This document shows positions 1 through 10,355 of a stretch of DNA of 64,000 nt, piece by piece (position 1 is the stretch's first letter; every line of letters begins with the position of its first letter). Under the pieces are notes generated by a model. That model was given only the letters and a program-made list of their open reading frames with translations, made no database searches and was not told the DNA's origin. Position numbers and translations under genes: made by a program. The stretch lies in NCBI GenBank assembly GCA_965223705.1, contig OZ245015.1, positions 3,168,001 through 3,232,000 of the forward strand, given 5' to 3'. This DNA comes from Myxococcota bacterium (GTDB lineage: Bacteria > Myxococcota_A > UBA9160 > UBA6930).

Positions 1-60
1 AGGTTCCCCGTGGGTGCCCGCCCTCGGGCTATGCTGCGGCTGGCTCTTCGGAGGAATCTC

Positions 61-1269
61 GTGACAGGCCGGCCCCCGCTCGATGGCATTCGCGTGCTCG
101 ACCTGACCCGCTACTTGGCGGGGCCCTTCGCTTCGATGCTCCTGTCGGACTACGGCGCCGACATCATCAAGGTCGAATCCCCGTCGGGTCGCGAGTTCCG
201 AGGACAGGCAAAGGATCGCGACAGCTACTTCTTCCTGTCCGCGAACCGCGGCAAGCGGTCGATCACACTCGACCTAAAGGCCGAGGCGACGCGAGAACTG
301 ATCCTACGGCTGATCCCCTCGTTCGACGTGGTGCTCGAGAATTTCCGGCCCGACGTCATGGAAAAACTCGGCCTGGGTGCGGAGGCGTTGCTCGAGCGGA
401 ATCCGCGCCTCGTCTACTGCGGGATCTCGGGTTTCGGGGCGACGGGTCCGTACGCGAACCGTCCGGGGTTCGATCAGATCGCCCAGGGAATGAGTGGCTT
501 CATGAGTCTCACGGGTACCGCCGCCGAAGGACCCACGCGCGCGGGGATCGCGATCGCCGACTTGCTCGGGGGCATTTTCGCCGCACACGGCGTTCAGTTG
601 GCATTGTTCGCGCGGGAACGAACGGGACGCGGCCAGGTCGTCCACACGTCGCTCCTCGAAGCGGTGATCAGCATTCTCTCGTGGGGTGCCGGAATGTTCT
701 TCGAGCGCGGCGAAGCGCCCGGCCCGGCCGGGCAACACCACCCCTTGGCGTCGCCTTACGGGCGCTTCCGAGCACGCGACGGTTACTTGAACATCGCCGC
801 GGGAAACCCCTCCATGTGGGAAAAGCTGGCGCGGGCGTTGGGCCACGAGGAGTGGATCGCAGACCCGCGCTTTGCCGGTTCCGGCGACCGCGTGCGCCAT
901 CGTGACGACTTGACTCGAGAGATCGAGGCCGTCCTGGCGGCGAACGACGTGGCCTACTGGGTTTCGGTCGTGAACGAAGCGGGGATTCCCTGCGGGCCAG
1001 TCCTCGACGTGGCGGAAGTCTTTAGCGACCCGCAAGTACTCGCCCGCGACATGCTCGTCTCGATGCCGCATCCGGAGGTTGGAACCTTTCACACCACCGG
1101 ACTGCCGATCAAGCTGTCGGAGACTCCCGGCGAAATCACGCGGCGCCCGCCGCTCCACGGTGAACACGGAAACGAGATCTTGCGAGAGCTTGGTCTCGGC
1201 GACGACGAAATCGAACGACTACGGGCCGAACGCGTGTTCGGCTCCGAGGAAGCGGAGACACCCCGATGA
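61..1269 (+). CDS. CaiB/BaiF family III CoA-transferase
   Basis: PLDGIRVLDLTRYLAGP, NRGKRS, ENFRP and GFDQIAQ motifs; GGAGG upstream of GTG at 61. Confidence 0.9.
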   Translation: MTGRPPLDGIRVLDLTRYLAGPFASMLLSDYGADIIKVESPSGREFRGQAKDRDSYFFLSANRGKRSITLDLKAEATRELILRLIPSFDVVLENFRPDVMEKLGLGAEALLERNPRLVYCGISGFGATGPYANRPGFDQIAQGMSGFMSLTGTAAEGPTRAGIAIADLLGGIFAAHGVQLALFARERTGRGQVVHTSLLEAVISILSWGAGMFFERGEAPGPAGQHHPLASPYGRFRARDGYLNIAAGNPSMWEKLARALGHEEWIADPRFAGSGDRVRHRDDLTREIEAVLAANDVAYWVSVVNEAGIPCGPVLDVAEVFSDPQVLARDMLVSMPHPEVGTFHTTGLPIKLSETPGEITRRPPLHGEHGNEILRELGLGDDEIERLRAERVFGSEEAETPR

Positions 1270-1565
1270 AGACGATTGACCCCGATCGAACCGACCTCGC
1301 TCGGGAGTTTCGCGAAGCGCCGATGGGACCGCACAGCGCAGAGTTGCAGCAACTGCTGTCGGTCATGCGCTGGCAACCGCTCAAAGGCAAGCCGATCGTG
1401 GTGTGCACCGAACCGAATCGCGAATGGAGACTGGGCCGCAACCCAGGGCGTCGCGGGGAAGCCATCGCTTTTGAGGGCGATCCGTTCGACAACATGGGCG
1501 ACGCGTTGTGGGCATTGTTCCGGGCGCGTTGGGAGGCGGCGACCGGCCGCTCTCTCGAACTGTAG
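1266..1565 (+). CDS. N,N-dimethylformamidase small subunit-like protein
   Basis: 99 aa; EFREAPMGPHSAELQQLL...ALFRARW resembles the DMFase small subunit; directly upstream of the large subunit; ATGA overlap with the preceding gene. Confidence 0.7.
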   Translation: MKTIDPDRTDLAREFREAPMGPHSAELQQLLSVMRWQPLKGKPIVVCTEPNREWRLGRNPGRRGEAIAFEGDPFDNMGDALWALFRARWEAATGRSLEL

Positions 1566-1574
1566 GAGACTGCG

Positions 1575-3770
1575 ATGGAACGCCTACTCGGCTACAGCGA
1601 TGAAATCAGTGTTTTTGCGGGTCAGACGATCGCGTTCAAAGTCTCGTCCCCGAGCGGCGAGCCCTATCGAGCGGAGCTTGTGCGCTTGCGCTGCGCCGAC
1701 AGCGATGCGGGCGGACCGGGGTTCAAAGAGACGAAGCTCTCGGCTGCGTTTGAGGGAGAGCACCCCGGGCGGAGACAGCCGATCGGCATCGGTTCCTTCG
1801 TCGAGGTCTCCCACCCGGAAGCCTTCGCTCTCGCGAGCTTTACGCTCGGTGCGATGGTCTTCGCGACCACGCCCGGGGAACGAGAACAGGCCCTTCTGGG
1901 GACCTACGACCCCGATCGCCGAACCGGTTTCGGCCTTGGCCTCGACGCCACCGGCGCCCCGGCGCTGTTCGTGGGTGACGGCCGAGAGCGCTCGCTGATC
2001 TCCACCGGCGAGCCGCTCATTCCGAGCCACTGGTACTTAATCGCGGCGAGCTACGACGCGGAGCGCGGCGAAGGGCAGATCTATCAGATTCCTCAATTCG
2101 AGTACGCGGTGGGGACCGAGTCGGCTTCGGCACGCAGAGATGGCGTGGCGCAGCCGGCGCCCGGCGCAGCGCTTCGAATGGCGGCGTGGGCCGCCGATGG
2201 CCTGCCCCGCGATGCGTTCAACGGAAAGCTCGAAGATCCGTGGGTGATGTCGCGTGCCCTCGATCGAAACGCCATCGAGCGTGTGGCCGCCGCGGGACCG
2301 GCACATCGCGGCGACGGCGACGTGGTGGCGTCCTGGGATCTCGCGCAGCAACCGGAAGGCCGGCGCGTGGTCGACGCCGGACCGAGAAAACTCCACGGGA
2401 CCACCGAGAACCTGCCGACGCGCGCCGTCCGCGGACGTCGCTGGGACGGCACAGAGCACCGCTTCACCGAAGCGCCGGATCACTACGGGGCGATCCACTT
2501 CCACGAAGACGATCTCTACGACTGTCAGTGGGACACCGATTTTGCGTACGAAATTCCCGCGGACTTAGCGTCGGGACTCTACGCGGCGAAACTCAGCCAG
2601 GGATCGCAGGAAGAATATCTCCCGTTCTACGTGCGGCCCGCCCCCGGCGCGGCTCGCAACAAGCTGGCCCTTCTCATTCCGACCGCGAGCTACTACGCCT
2701 ACGCGAATTTCCACATCAACACGGAATGGGATTTCTCGGAACACATCCTCAACTTCTTCACGGTGCTCGACGCCGAGGCGCACTACCTCCAGACCCACGC
2801 GGAGCTCGGTGTCTCGACCTACGATTCCCACACCGACGGGAGCGGCGTCTGTTTCTCTTCACGCCTTCGCCCCGTGATCAACATGCGGCCCCATACGTGG
2901 TCATGGCAGTTCTGCGCCGATACGCATCTGCTCGACTGGCTCGAAGAGAAGGAGATCGCGTTCGATGTCATCACGGACGACGACCTTCACCGCGAGGGCT
3001 TTGCGCTTCTCGAGCCCTATCAATGCGTGATGACCGGGACGCACCCCGAATATTATTCGCGCGACATGATGAACGCGCTGCAGACCTACAAGGCGAGCGG
3101 CGGACGCCTCATGTACATGGGTGGCAACGGCTTCTACTGGAAAGTCGACTACAACGAGACGTTCCCCGGGGCCATCGAAATGCGGCGCGCCGAGGACGGC
3201 TCTCGCGGTTGGCTGGCCGAGCCCGGCGAGTACTACAACGCGTGGAGCGGAGAGCTGTCGGGCCTCTGGTGTCGCAACGGCATGCCACCCCAGGCCATCG
3301 GCGGCACAGGCTTTGCCGCACAGGGGTTCGATTCGTCGACGCACTTCCGGCGCACGGCGGCGAGTTTCGATCCTCGAGCGGCGTTCATCTTCGAGGGCGT
3401 CGGCGACGACGAAGTGATCGGGAACTTCGGCGCGATGGGCGGGGGTGCCGCCGGTTGGGAAGTCGATCGCGCGGACTTCGCACTCGGCACCCCGCCGCAC
3501 GCCCTGATCGTCGCCGAGGCCACAGATTTTTCGGTGGGTTACGTCTGGGTCGCCGAAGAGCATCGCCACGCGCACCCGGCAATTACCGGAGAGACCTGCC
3601 CGCACGTGCGGGCCGATATGGTGTTCTTCGAAACACCGAACGGCGGCGCCGTGTTCTCGACGAGCTCGATCGCGTGGAGCGGCGCGCTTGCCTATGCCGA
3701 CTACGACAACAACGTTTCGCGGATCACGGAAAACGTGGTGCGCCGTTTCCTCGACCCCAAGCCCTTCTGA
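1575..3770 (+). CDS. N,N-dimethylformamidase large subunit family protein
   Basis: LLGYSDEISV start, LamG-like region, YGAIHFHEDD, YAYAN, STYDSHTDGSG, THPEYYS, GGNGFYW; AGGAG RBS. Confidence 0.88.
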   Translation: MERLLGYSDEISVFAGQTIAFKVSSPSGEPYRAELVRLRCADSDAGGPGFKETKLSAAFEGEHPGRRQPIGIGSFVEVSHPEAFALASFTLGAMVFATTPGEREQALLGTYDPDRRTGFGLGLDATGAPALFVGDGRERSLISTGEPLIPSHWYLIAASYDAERGEGQIYQIPQFEYAVGTESASARRDGVAQPAPGAALRMAAWAADGLPRDAFNGKLEDPWVMSRALDRNAIERVAAAGPAHRGDGDVVASWDLAQQPEGRRVVDAGPRKLHGTTENLPTRAVRGRRWDGTEHRFTEAPDHYGAIHFHEDDLYDCQWDTDFAYEIPADLASGLYAAKLSQGSQEEYLPFYVRPAPGAARNKLALLIPTASYYAYANFHINTEWDFSEHILNFFTVLDAEAHYLQTHAELGVSTYDSHTDGSGVCFSSRLRPVINMRPHTWSWQFCADTHLLDWLEEKEIAFDVITDDDLHREGFALLEPYQCVMTGTHPEYYSRDMMNALQTYKASGGRLMYMGGNGFYWKVDYNETFPGAIEMRRAEDGSRGWLAEPGEYYNAWSGELSGLWCRNGMPPQAIGGTGFAAQGFDSSTHFRRTAASFDPRAAFIFEGVGDDEVIGNFGAMGGGAAGWEVDRADFALGTPPHALIVAEATDFSVGYVWVAEEHRHAHPAITGETCPHVRADMVFFETPNGGAVFSTSSIAWSGALAYADYDNNVSRITENVVRRFLDPKPF

Positions 3771-3776
3771 GGACCC

Positions 3777-5024
3777 ATGAACTTCGAAATTCCTGACGAT
3801 ATCCAGGCGAAACTGCGGGAACTGGACGATTTCATCGAACGCGAGATCGCACCCTTGCAGGCGTCGAACGACAACGAGCGCTACTTCGACCACCGCAGAG
3901 AGTGGGCCCGAACGGACTGGGAGAACGACGGGCAGCCCGACGAAGCTTGGGAGGCACTACTCCTCGAGATGCGGCGCCGCGCCGATCGCGCAGGTCATCT
4001 CCGCTTCGGACTTCCGAAAGAACTCGGTGGATCCGACGGCTCGAATCTCGCGATGGCCGTCATCCGGGAACATTTCGCCGCGAAAGGCTTGGGGCTGCAC
4101 AACGATCTCCAGAACGAGTCTTCGATCGTCGGCAATTTTCCCGTCGCGATCATGCTGCACCGATTCGGGACCGATGCGCAAAAGAAGGAATTCCTCGAAG
4201 ACATCATCACCGGCGCCAAGTCGATCGGTTTTGGTCTCACCGAGCCCCTCCACGGGAGCGACGCGACGTGGCTCGAGACGACGGCCGTCCGCGACGGCCG
4301 TGAGTGGGTGCTGAACGGCCAGAAGCGTTTCAATACCGGGCTCCACGATGCCACCCACGACATGATTTTCGCGCGCACTTCCGGAAAGCAGGGCGATGCC
4401 AACGGCATTACCGCGTTCCTGGTCCCGACGGAGCTTCCGGGGTTTCGGGTCGAATACATGTGGTGGACGTTCAATATGCCGAGCGACCATGCCGAGGTCT
4501 CTCTCGAGAACGTTCGCGTGGACGACTCCGCGATCCTCGGCGAAGAAGGCCGTGGGCTCGCTCTGGCGCAGACCTTCGTGCACGAGAACCGCATTCGACA
4601 AGCCGCGTCGAGCGTGGGCGCCGCCCAGTTCTGCATCGACCGGAGCGTGGCCTACGCGCGAGAGCGCCAGGTTTTCGGGAAACCGTTGTGGCTGAATCAG
4701 GCGATTCAGTTTCCGCTCGCGGAACTGCAAACCGAGTGCGAGATGGTGAGAAACCTCGTTTACAAGACCGCGTGGCAGCTCGATCAGGAACACCACATGG
4801 ACGTCACCGACAAGGTGTCGATGTGCAACTACCGGGCGAACCGCCTGGTCTGCGATGCGGCGGATCAAGCCATGCAGGTCCACGGGGGGGTCGGCTACTC
4901 CCGCCACCAGCCCTTCGAGCACATCTTCCGCCACCATCGGCGCTACCGGATTACCGAGGGTGCCGAGGAAATTCAGATCCGGCGCGTCGCGGGCATTATG
5001 TTCGGGCGGGAAGCGAAGCGCTAG
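3777..5024 (+). CDS. acyl-CoA dehydrogenase
   Basis: FGLTEP..GSD, LNGQKRF, QVHGGVG, RITEGAEEIQ. Confidence 0.92.
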   Translation: MNFEIPDDIQAKLRELDDFIEREIAPLQASNDNERYFDHRREWARTDWENDGQPDEAWEALLLEMRRRADRAGHLRFGLPKELGGSDGSNLAMAVIREHFAAKGLGLHNDLQNESSIVGNFPVAIMLHRFGTDAQKKEFLEDIITGAKSIGFGLTEPLHGSDATWLETTAVRDGREWVLNGQKRFNTGLHDATHDMIFARTSGKQGDANGITAFLVPTELPGFRVEYMWWTFNMPSDHAEVSLENVRVDDSAILGEEGRGLALAQTFVHENRIRQAASSVGAAQFCIDRSVAYARERQVFGKPLWLNQAIQFPLAELQTECEMVRNLVYKTAWQLDQEHHMDVTDKVSMCNYRANRLVCDAADQAMQVHGGVGYSRHQPFEHIFRHHRRYRITEGAEEIQIRRVAGIMFGREAKR

Positions 5025-6571
5025 CAGGTGGGCCAATACGAGAGCGGGCGGCTCTCCGGGGGCGGCACGTCCCGCGTGGACAACATGTCGAGATCTTCCG
5101 CGAGAACCCGGCGGGTGTCGGCGGGGTCGATGATCTCGTCGATCCGCATCGTACCGGCCGCCTCGTAGGGACTCGTCGCTTCGGAGACTTCGCGCAAGAG
5201 ATCTGCGCGCGCCTTGTCCCGCGCCGCGTCGTCCTCGATCGCTCCGAGCTTGCTTCCGAATGCGACGTTTACGCCGACGTCGGGGTCCATGAAACCGATC
5301 TCCGCGCCGGGCCAGGCGTACAAGCCGTGGTTCGCCATACGCGAACCGTTCATCGCTTGCCAGGCGAGTCCGAAGGCCTTGCGAATGCACACCGTGAGTG
5401 TCGGCGTAGTCGCATTCTGCAGAGCCTGCATCATCCGCATGCCCCAATGGAGCATGCGGTCGTGCTCGACCCGCGTGCCCACCATGAACCCCGGAACATC
5501 GACCAGGAAAATGACGGGCAGATTGAACGCATCACAAACCGTGAGCAACCGGATGATCTTGTGGCATGCCTCGGGATCGAGCGTCCCCGCTTGAAACATC
5601 GGGTTGTTCGCGACGATACCGATCGAGTAACCGTGGAGCCGTGCCAGGGCACAGCACACGTTACGCGCGTAGGTGGGTTGGATTTCGAAAACACTCTCGG
5701 GATCGCACAGTGCCGCAACCAGTCGGCGCATGTCGTAGCCGCGGGTCCGCTTCTCCGGCACGAGCGTTTCGAGCTGCGGATCGCGCTCGGGCAGCGCGGT
5801 GACCGGCATCCGCGGCGCGGGTTCTCGTGCGTTCGTCGGCAGGTACGAGAGCCAGCGCCGGATCGCGGCGTAGGCCTCTTCGTCCGTGTCAACCCCGAGA
5901 TCGATCTGCCCCGTCTTCTTCGCGTGGACGTCGACCCCTCCGACATCTTCGAAGGAGACTTTCTCGCCGGTTGCAATTTCGAACACTTTCGGCGACGTCA
6001 CCGCGAGGCACGAGCCGCGAACCATCACGACGTAATCCGAAAGCGCGGACAGGAACGACGACCCGCCAAACGAGCGGCCGACGATCGCAGTCGCCATGGG
6101 GACTCGATGCCGGCGCTTCGCGACGTCGAACAAGCCGCCGGGTTCGGAAATCCCCTCCGATCCCATCAGGTCGGGAATCCTCCCACCGCCGGTCTCGCCG
6201 AAATGGACGATCGGGATGCTCATCGCGAGCGCGCGCTCGTAGAGACGGCTTTCTTTGCGGGTGCCTACGATCGAACTCGACCCGCGCAAGACCGTGATGT
6301 CGTCTCCGAAAATCGCGATCGGACGGCCGTCGATTCGGGCGTGGCCGCCGATCTTCCCGTCGCCCGGCGTGGTGTCGCGCACTTCGGGGCGAATCGAACG
6401 AGAGAAGGTCCCGAGTTCGCGAAAACTGTCGGCGTCGACGAGCCCATCGATGTGTTCGCGAATCGTTTTATCGCCGGAAGCGCGCATCCGGGCGACTTTG
6501 TCCGCCCCGCCCATGTCGCGACGGACCCGCTCCGCGCGGGTGTTCCGGCCCTCCGTCCGAGAACGGGTCAT
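5021..6571 (-). CDS. acyl-CoA carboxylase carboxyltransferase subunit
   Basis: MGGADK, GGGRI, DVPGFMVG, AWPGAEIGFM, IDEIIDPADTR; ATG at 6571 overlaps the upstream stop. Confidence 0.85.
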   Translation of the reverse strand: MTRSRTEGRNTRAERVRRDMGGADKVARMRASGDKTIREHIDGLVDADSFRELGTFSRSIRPEVRDTTPGDGKIGGHARIDGRPIAIFGDDITVLRGSSSIVGTRKESRLYERALAMSIPIVHFGETGGGRIPDLMGSEGISEPGGLFDVAKRRHRVPMATAIVGRSFGGSSFLSALSDYVVMVRGSCLAVTSPKVFEIATGEKVSFEDVGGVDVHAKKTGQIDLGVDTDEEAYAAIRRWLSYLPTNAREPAPRMPVTALPERDPQLETLVPEKRTRGYDMRRLVAALCDPESVFEIQPTYARNVCCALARLHGYSIGIVANNPMFQAGTLDPEACHKIIRLLTVCDAFNLPVIFLVDVPGFMVGTRVEHDRMLHWGMRMMQALQNATTPTLTVCIRKAFGLAWQAMNGSRMANHGLYAWPGAEIGFMDPDVGVNVAFGSKLGAIEDDAARDKARADLLREVSEATSPYEAAGTMRIDEIIDPADTRRVLAEDLDMLSTRDVPPPESRPLSYWPTC

Positions 6572-6981
6572 GCGGAAGCGCGAGGTCGGAAGAACGGAAG
6601 GCGCAGCCCGTCTTGTAGCTCGCTGAACGTCACTTCGAGTGGCATGCCGATGGATACGTCTTCGAGCGGGCAGTCGACGAGATTCGTCGTCATCCGCGGC
6701 CCTTCGTCGAGCTCGACCACGGCGATGACATAGGGGACGCGTTCCGCGAAGGCCGGATGCGTCGGGCGGCGGGCGATCGTGTAGGTGAAGAGGGTCCCTC
6801 GGCCGCTCGAAGGCACCCAGCTCAACACACGCGATCCGCACGAGCCACAGTTGTGCCGCGGATAGAAGAGATGGGTTCCGCAGCGATCGCAGCGCTGGAT
6901 GACCAACTCCTGACGCGCCGCTGCGTCCCAGAAAGGTTGCGACAGCGGGGTCGGCCGCGGCATCGGCATCGGCCGACTCAC
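6568..6981 (-). CDS. Zn-ribbon/OB-fold protein (DUF35, ChsH2-like)
   Basis: FW...CxxC...YPRxxCxxC, PYVIAVVELDEGPRM. Confidence 0.88.
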   Translation of the reverse strand: MSRPMPMPRPTPLSQPFWDAAARQELVIQRCDRCGTHLFYPRHNCGSCGSRVLSWVPSSGRGTLFTYTIARRPTHPAFAERVPYVIAVVELDEGPRMTTNLVDCPLEDVSIGMPLEVTFSELQDGLRLPFFRPRASA

Positions 6982-8144
6982 GAATTCGCCCCGAGAACCA
7001 AACTCGCTTGCTCGCTCATGATTCCGCCGTTCCCGTTGACGAACGCGAACTCGAGGTTCGAAACCTGTCGCTCACCAGCGCGACCCTGGATCTGGCGGAC
7101 GGCTTCTGTGATGTGGCTGGTCCCTCCGGCGATCCCGGCCTGCCCGAACGACAGCTGCCCGCCGTGGGTGTTGAGCGGAAAATCACCGGCTGCCCGGAGA
7201 TCGTGCTCTTCCACGAATCGGCCGCCCTCGCCTTTCCCACAAAAACCGGCGTCTTCGAGCGTCAAGAGGACCGTGATCGTGTAGCAATCGTAGAGGGACG
7301 CGAGCCCGATTTGGTCACGCGAAACGCCGGCCATGGCGAAGGCCGCCTCGGCCGAAGCGGTCACGGCCGAGTGGCACAGATCCGGCGCGTAGGTGATCGA
7401 TTTGTGGGTCACGTTCTCCCCGGCCCCGAGCACGAACGCGGGCGGGTTCGGGAGCGACCGGGCTTTTTCGGCCGAAGTGACGACCAGCGCGGCACCCCCG
7501 CCCGCCGGCATCACGATTTCGAGCAGGTGCAACGGATCGACGATCATCGGCGAGGACAAGACGTCGTCGACGGTGATCGGCTGTCCGTGGAAGATGGCGG
7601 CGGGGTTTCGACACGCGTTGTCGCGCTGCTCGACCGCGATCTTGGCCAGGGTTTCCGGCGCGACGCCGTATTCGTGCTGGTAGCGCATCGCGATCTGGGC
7701 GTAACCGAAGTTCGCGCCGACCGCTCCAAAAGGCACTTCGAACTCCGAGTAGGCAGAGTGATCCTGCATCCCCTCGATCCCGTAGCTGCGGCGGCGACCG
7801 CGCCGGGACGCCGTGATGCACAGGCACGTTTCGCACATCCCGGAAGCGATGGCCTGAGCGGCCCGCCAGATCATGCCCGCGCCGGTGGCTCCCCCGAGGT
7901 CGACGGTTTCGGCGAAGCGCGCCGGGGTGCCCAGCAGCTCGATCAGGGTCGACGGCACGAGCATGGAGATGCCGCCGACGGGGTGGACGAGGAGTCCGTC
8001 GACCTCGTCAAAGCCGATCCCCGAGTCGTCGATGGCATCGAGCCCGACCCGGACCATCAGGTCGAGTGTGGATTCGTCGTCGGTGTACTTCTGGGGTGCC
8101 AGCTCCCCGACACCCACAATTGCGGCGCGTCCTCTGAAACTCAT
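6978..8144 (-). CDS. thiolase-like protein (SCP-x/Ltp2 type) lacking the N-terminal catalytic Cys
   Basis: AAIVGVGE start, LYDCYT, LNTHGGQLS, EAVRQI; DLGGATG where classical thiolases have the Cys. Confidence 0.85.
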   Translation of the reverse strand: MSFRGRAAIVGVGELAPQKYTDDESTLDLMVRVGLDAIDDSGIGFDEVDGLLVHPVGGISMLVPSTLIELLGTPARFAETVDLGGATGAGMIWRAAQAIASGMCETCLCITASRRGRRRSYGIEGMQDHSAYSEFEVPFGAVGANFGYAQIAMRYQHEYGVAPETLAKIAVEQRDNACRNPAAIFHGQPITVDDVLSSPMIVDPLHLLEIVMPAGGGAALVVTSAEKARSLPNPPAFVLGAGENVTHKSITYAPDLCHSAVTASAEAAFAMAGVSRDQIGLASLYDCYTITVLLTLEDAGFCGKGEGGRFVEEHDLRAAGDFPLNTHGGQLSFGQAGIAGGTSHITEAVRQIQGRAGERQVSNLEFAFVNGNGGIMSEQASLVLGANS

Positions 8145-8184
8145 GGCAATTCATGCTACAGGATCCCCCGAAAGGGAGGAAACC

Positions 8185-9165
8185 ATGCGCGCTGTACTGT
8201 GCCGAGAGTTTGGACCGCCGCGGTCCCTTAAGATCGAAGAAATCGACGATCCCGAGCCGAGCGCCGACGAGGTGCTGATCGACGTCGCGGCCTGTGGCAT
8301 GAACTATCCCGACGTCCTGATGTGCCTCGGAAAGTATCAAGCGATTCCGCCCTTCCCGTTCAGTCCGGGGACGGAAATCGCCGGGCGCATCCGCCAAGTC
8401 GGCGCGAACGTCAGCGGCTACAGCGTGGGTCAGCCGGTCGTCGCGACGGTGTGGGCGGGCGGACTCGCGGAGCGAGCGGTCGCGAAGCCCGACCAGCTAC
8501 GCGCGGTGCCAGAAGGTATGGCACTGTCCACGGCGGCGGCCATCAACGTGACCTACGGGACGTCGTACTACGCGCTCAAGCAACGCGCCAACCTCAAGCC
8601 CGGCGACGATCTCTTCGTCCTGGGCGCCGCGGGAGGCGTCGGCCTTTCCGCCGTCGAGCTCGGCAAGGCGATGGGCGCGCGTGTCATCGCCGGCGCGAGT
8701 AGCGACGAGAAGCTCGAAATCGCGCGCGCGTCGGGGGCCGATGACCTCGTCAACTACAGCGACGGCGAGTTCAAGGAAAAGGTGAAAGCACTGACGGACG
8801 GCAAGGGAGCGGACGTCATCTACGACCCGATCGGCGGCGACCTGTTCGATCAGTGCATGCGCTGCGTCGCGTGGGACGGTCGCGTGCTCGTGATCGGCTT
8901 CATTCAGGGAATTCCCAAAGTGCCGACGAACTTGGCGTTGCTGAAGGGGTCTTCCGTTGTCGGAGTCTTCTTCGGCGATTGGACGCGGCGCGATCCCGAA
9001 GGCGCCGCCAAGAACCTCGCGGAGCTGCAAGCCATGTTCGAAAAAGGCACGCTCAAGCCCCATATCGGCGGGACCTATCCACTCGAGGGGTTTGCCGACG
9101 CCCTCGAAGATCTGTGGGAGCGCCGCGCCGTCGGAAAACTCGTCGTCGAAATCGCACCGGAGTAG
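8185..9165 (+). CDS. NADPH:quinone oxidoreductase (MDR family)
   Basis: MRAVLC, PFPFSPGTE, GAAGGVG, GKLVV; GGAGG RBS. Confidence 0.88.
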   Translation: MRAVLCREFGPPRSLKIEEIDDPEPSADEVLIDVAACGMNYPDVLMCLGKYQAIPPFPFSPGTEIAGRIRQVGANVSGYSVGQPVVATVWAGGLAERAVAKPDQLRAVPEGMALSTAAAINVTYGTSYYALKQRANLKPGDDLFVLGAAGGVGLSAVELGKAMGARVIAGASSDEKLEIARASGADDLVNYSDGEFKEKVKALTDGKGADVIYDPIGGDLFDQCMRCVAWDGRVLVIGFIQGIPKVPTNLALLKGSSVVGVFFGDWTRRDPEGAAKNLAELQAMFEKGTLKPHIGGTYPLEGFADALEDLWERRAVGKLVVEIAPE

Positions 9166-9183
9166 ACGTCTTCCGCGCGGGGA

Positions 9184-10269
9184 CTAGCCGGCTTCGTAGA
9201 TGAGTTCTCCTGAAGCGCTCTCGTGGCGTGACGCTTTTTGCGTCTGCCGCAGGTGCTCGAGGTGAGCGTAGGTCTCACTCTCGGCCATCGATCCCCACGC
9301 TTTTTTGCGAAAGAGCTTCCGGGAAAAGGCCGCGACAGTCGCCGGGCCCAGCTCGCGCCCGATGTCCTCAACGCGGGCGAGCCGGTCGATGTGGTGTTCG
9401 CGAATCGCGCGCGCTCGCGCGGCCAGGTCTTCGAACGGGTGTCCGTGGGCGGGAAGCACGTGATCGACATCCGGAAGCTCGGCGACCTGATCGAGTGAAT
9501 CGAAGAACGCGTTGAGCGGGTCGGCCGCCAGCGCCAATCCCGAGATGTGCGGCGTGATCGTGGGTAAGACGTGATCTCCCGAAAGGAAAACGCCTTCCTC
9601 GCGATCGTGCAGGCAAATGTGGTCTTCGGTATGGCCGGGGGTGTGCTCCACTCGCCACTCGCGGCCGGCCAAACGGAGCACGTCGCCCGCTTTCACCGGC
9701 CGGGAAATCGGCGGGACGATGCTCCCGCGCAGCGTTGAGAACGCGGCCCATTTGAGGCGCGTCTTCCACGTCGGGCGCGGTGGTGCACCACCCCACGGTG
9801 CCGGACGATCCCACACATCCCGCGGATCGCGCAGCGTCCGCCCTTGGAGCGCTCCGCCCTCATGGACACGCGCATCGCGGGAATCCGCGAGATCGTCCGC
9901 CGAGACCTCGGGGTGACTCGGTGCGGCGACCCCGAATCGGAAACTCCGATGCGCGACGATCTCCGCACCCGCTTCTTTCGCCAGCCGCGTCGCACCACCG
10001 AAATGATCTGCGTGCGAATGGGTCACAATGACGGTGTGAATGTTCCGGACATGCAACCCGGCTTGCCGCAGCCGTCCCTTGAGCGCGTACCAATTGAACG
10101 GACCGGGAAGCCCCGGATCGACGAGCGCCGCGCCCTCGCCATCGATGAGCGCGTAGCAGTTGACGTGCCCGAGCCCGGGCATGCGAATCGGCAGCTCCAT
10201 GCGGAGCACGTTCGGTCCGACCTCGGTCACTTCGGAACGGGCCGGTTCTTGCTCTTGTCGTTTTGCCAT
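9184..10269 (-). CDS. MBL-fold metallo-hydrolase
   Basis: THSHADH, HTPGHT, SGDHVL, PAHG. Confidence 0.85.
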   Translation of the reverse strand: MAKRQEQEPARSEVTEVGPNVLRMELPIRMPGLGHVNCYALIDGEGAALVDPGLPGPFNWYALKGRLRQAGLHVRNIHTVIVTHSHADHFGGATRLAKEAGAEIVAHRSFRFGVAAPSHPEVSADDLADSRDARVHEGGALQGRTLRDPRDVWDRPAPWGGAPPRPTWKTRLKWAAFSTLRGSIVPPISRPVKAGDVLRLAGREWRVEHTPGHTEDHICLHDREEGVFLSGDHVLPTITPHISGLALAADPLNAFFDSLDQVAELPDVDHVLPAHGHPFEDLAARARAIREHHIDRLARVEDIGRELGPATVAAFSRKLFRKKAWGSMAESETYAHLEHLRQTQKASRHESASGELIYEAG

Positions 10270-10355
10270 CGGTGGACCGTAATCGATCTCGTCGCCCGCG
10301 GCACAAACGACCTCGAGGGGTTGGCAACCCGCGACGAGCGGGCCAACCTCGCTGT

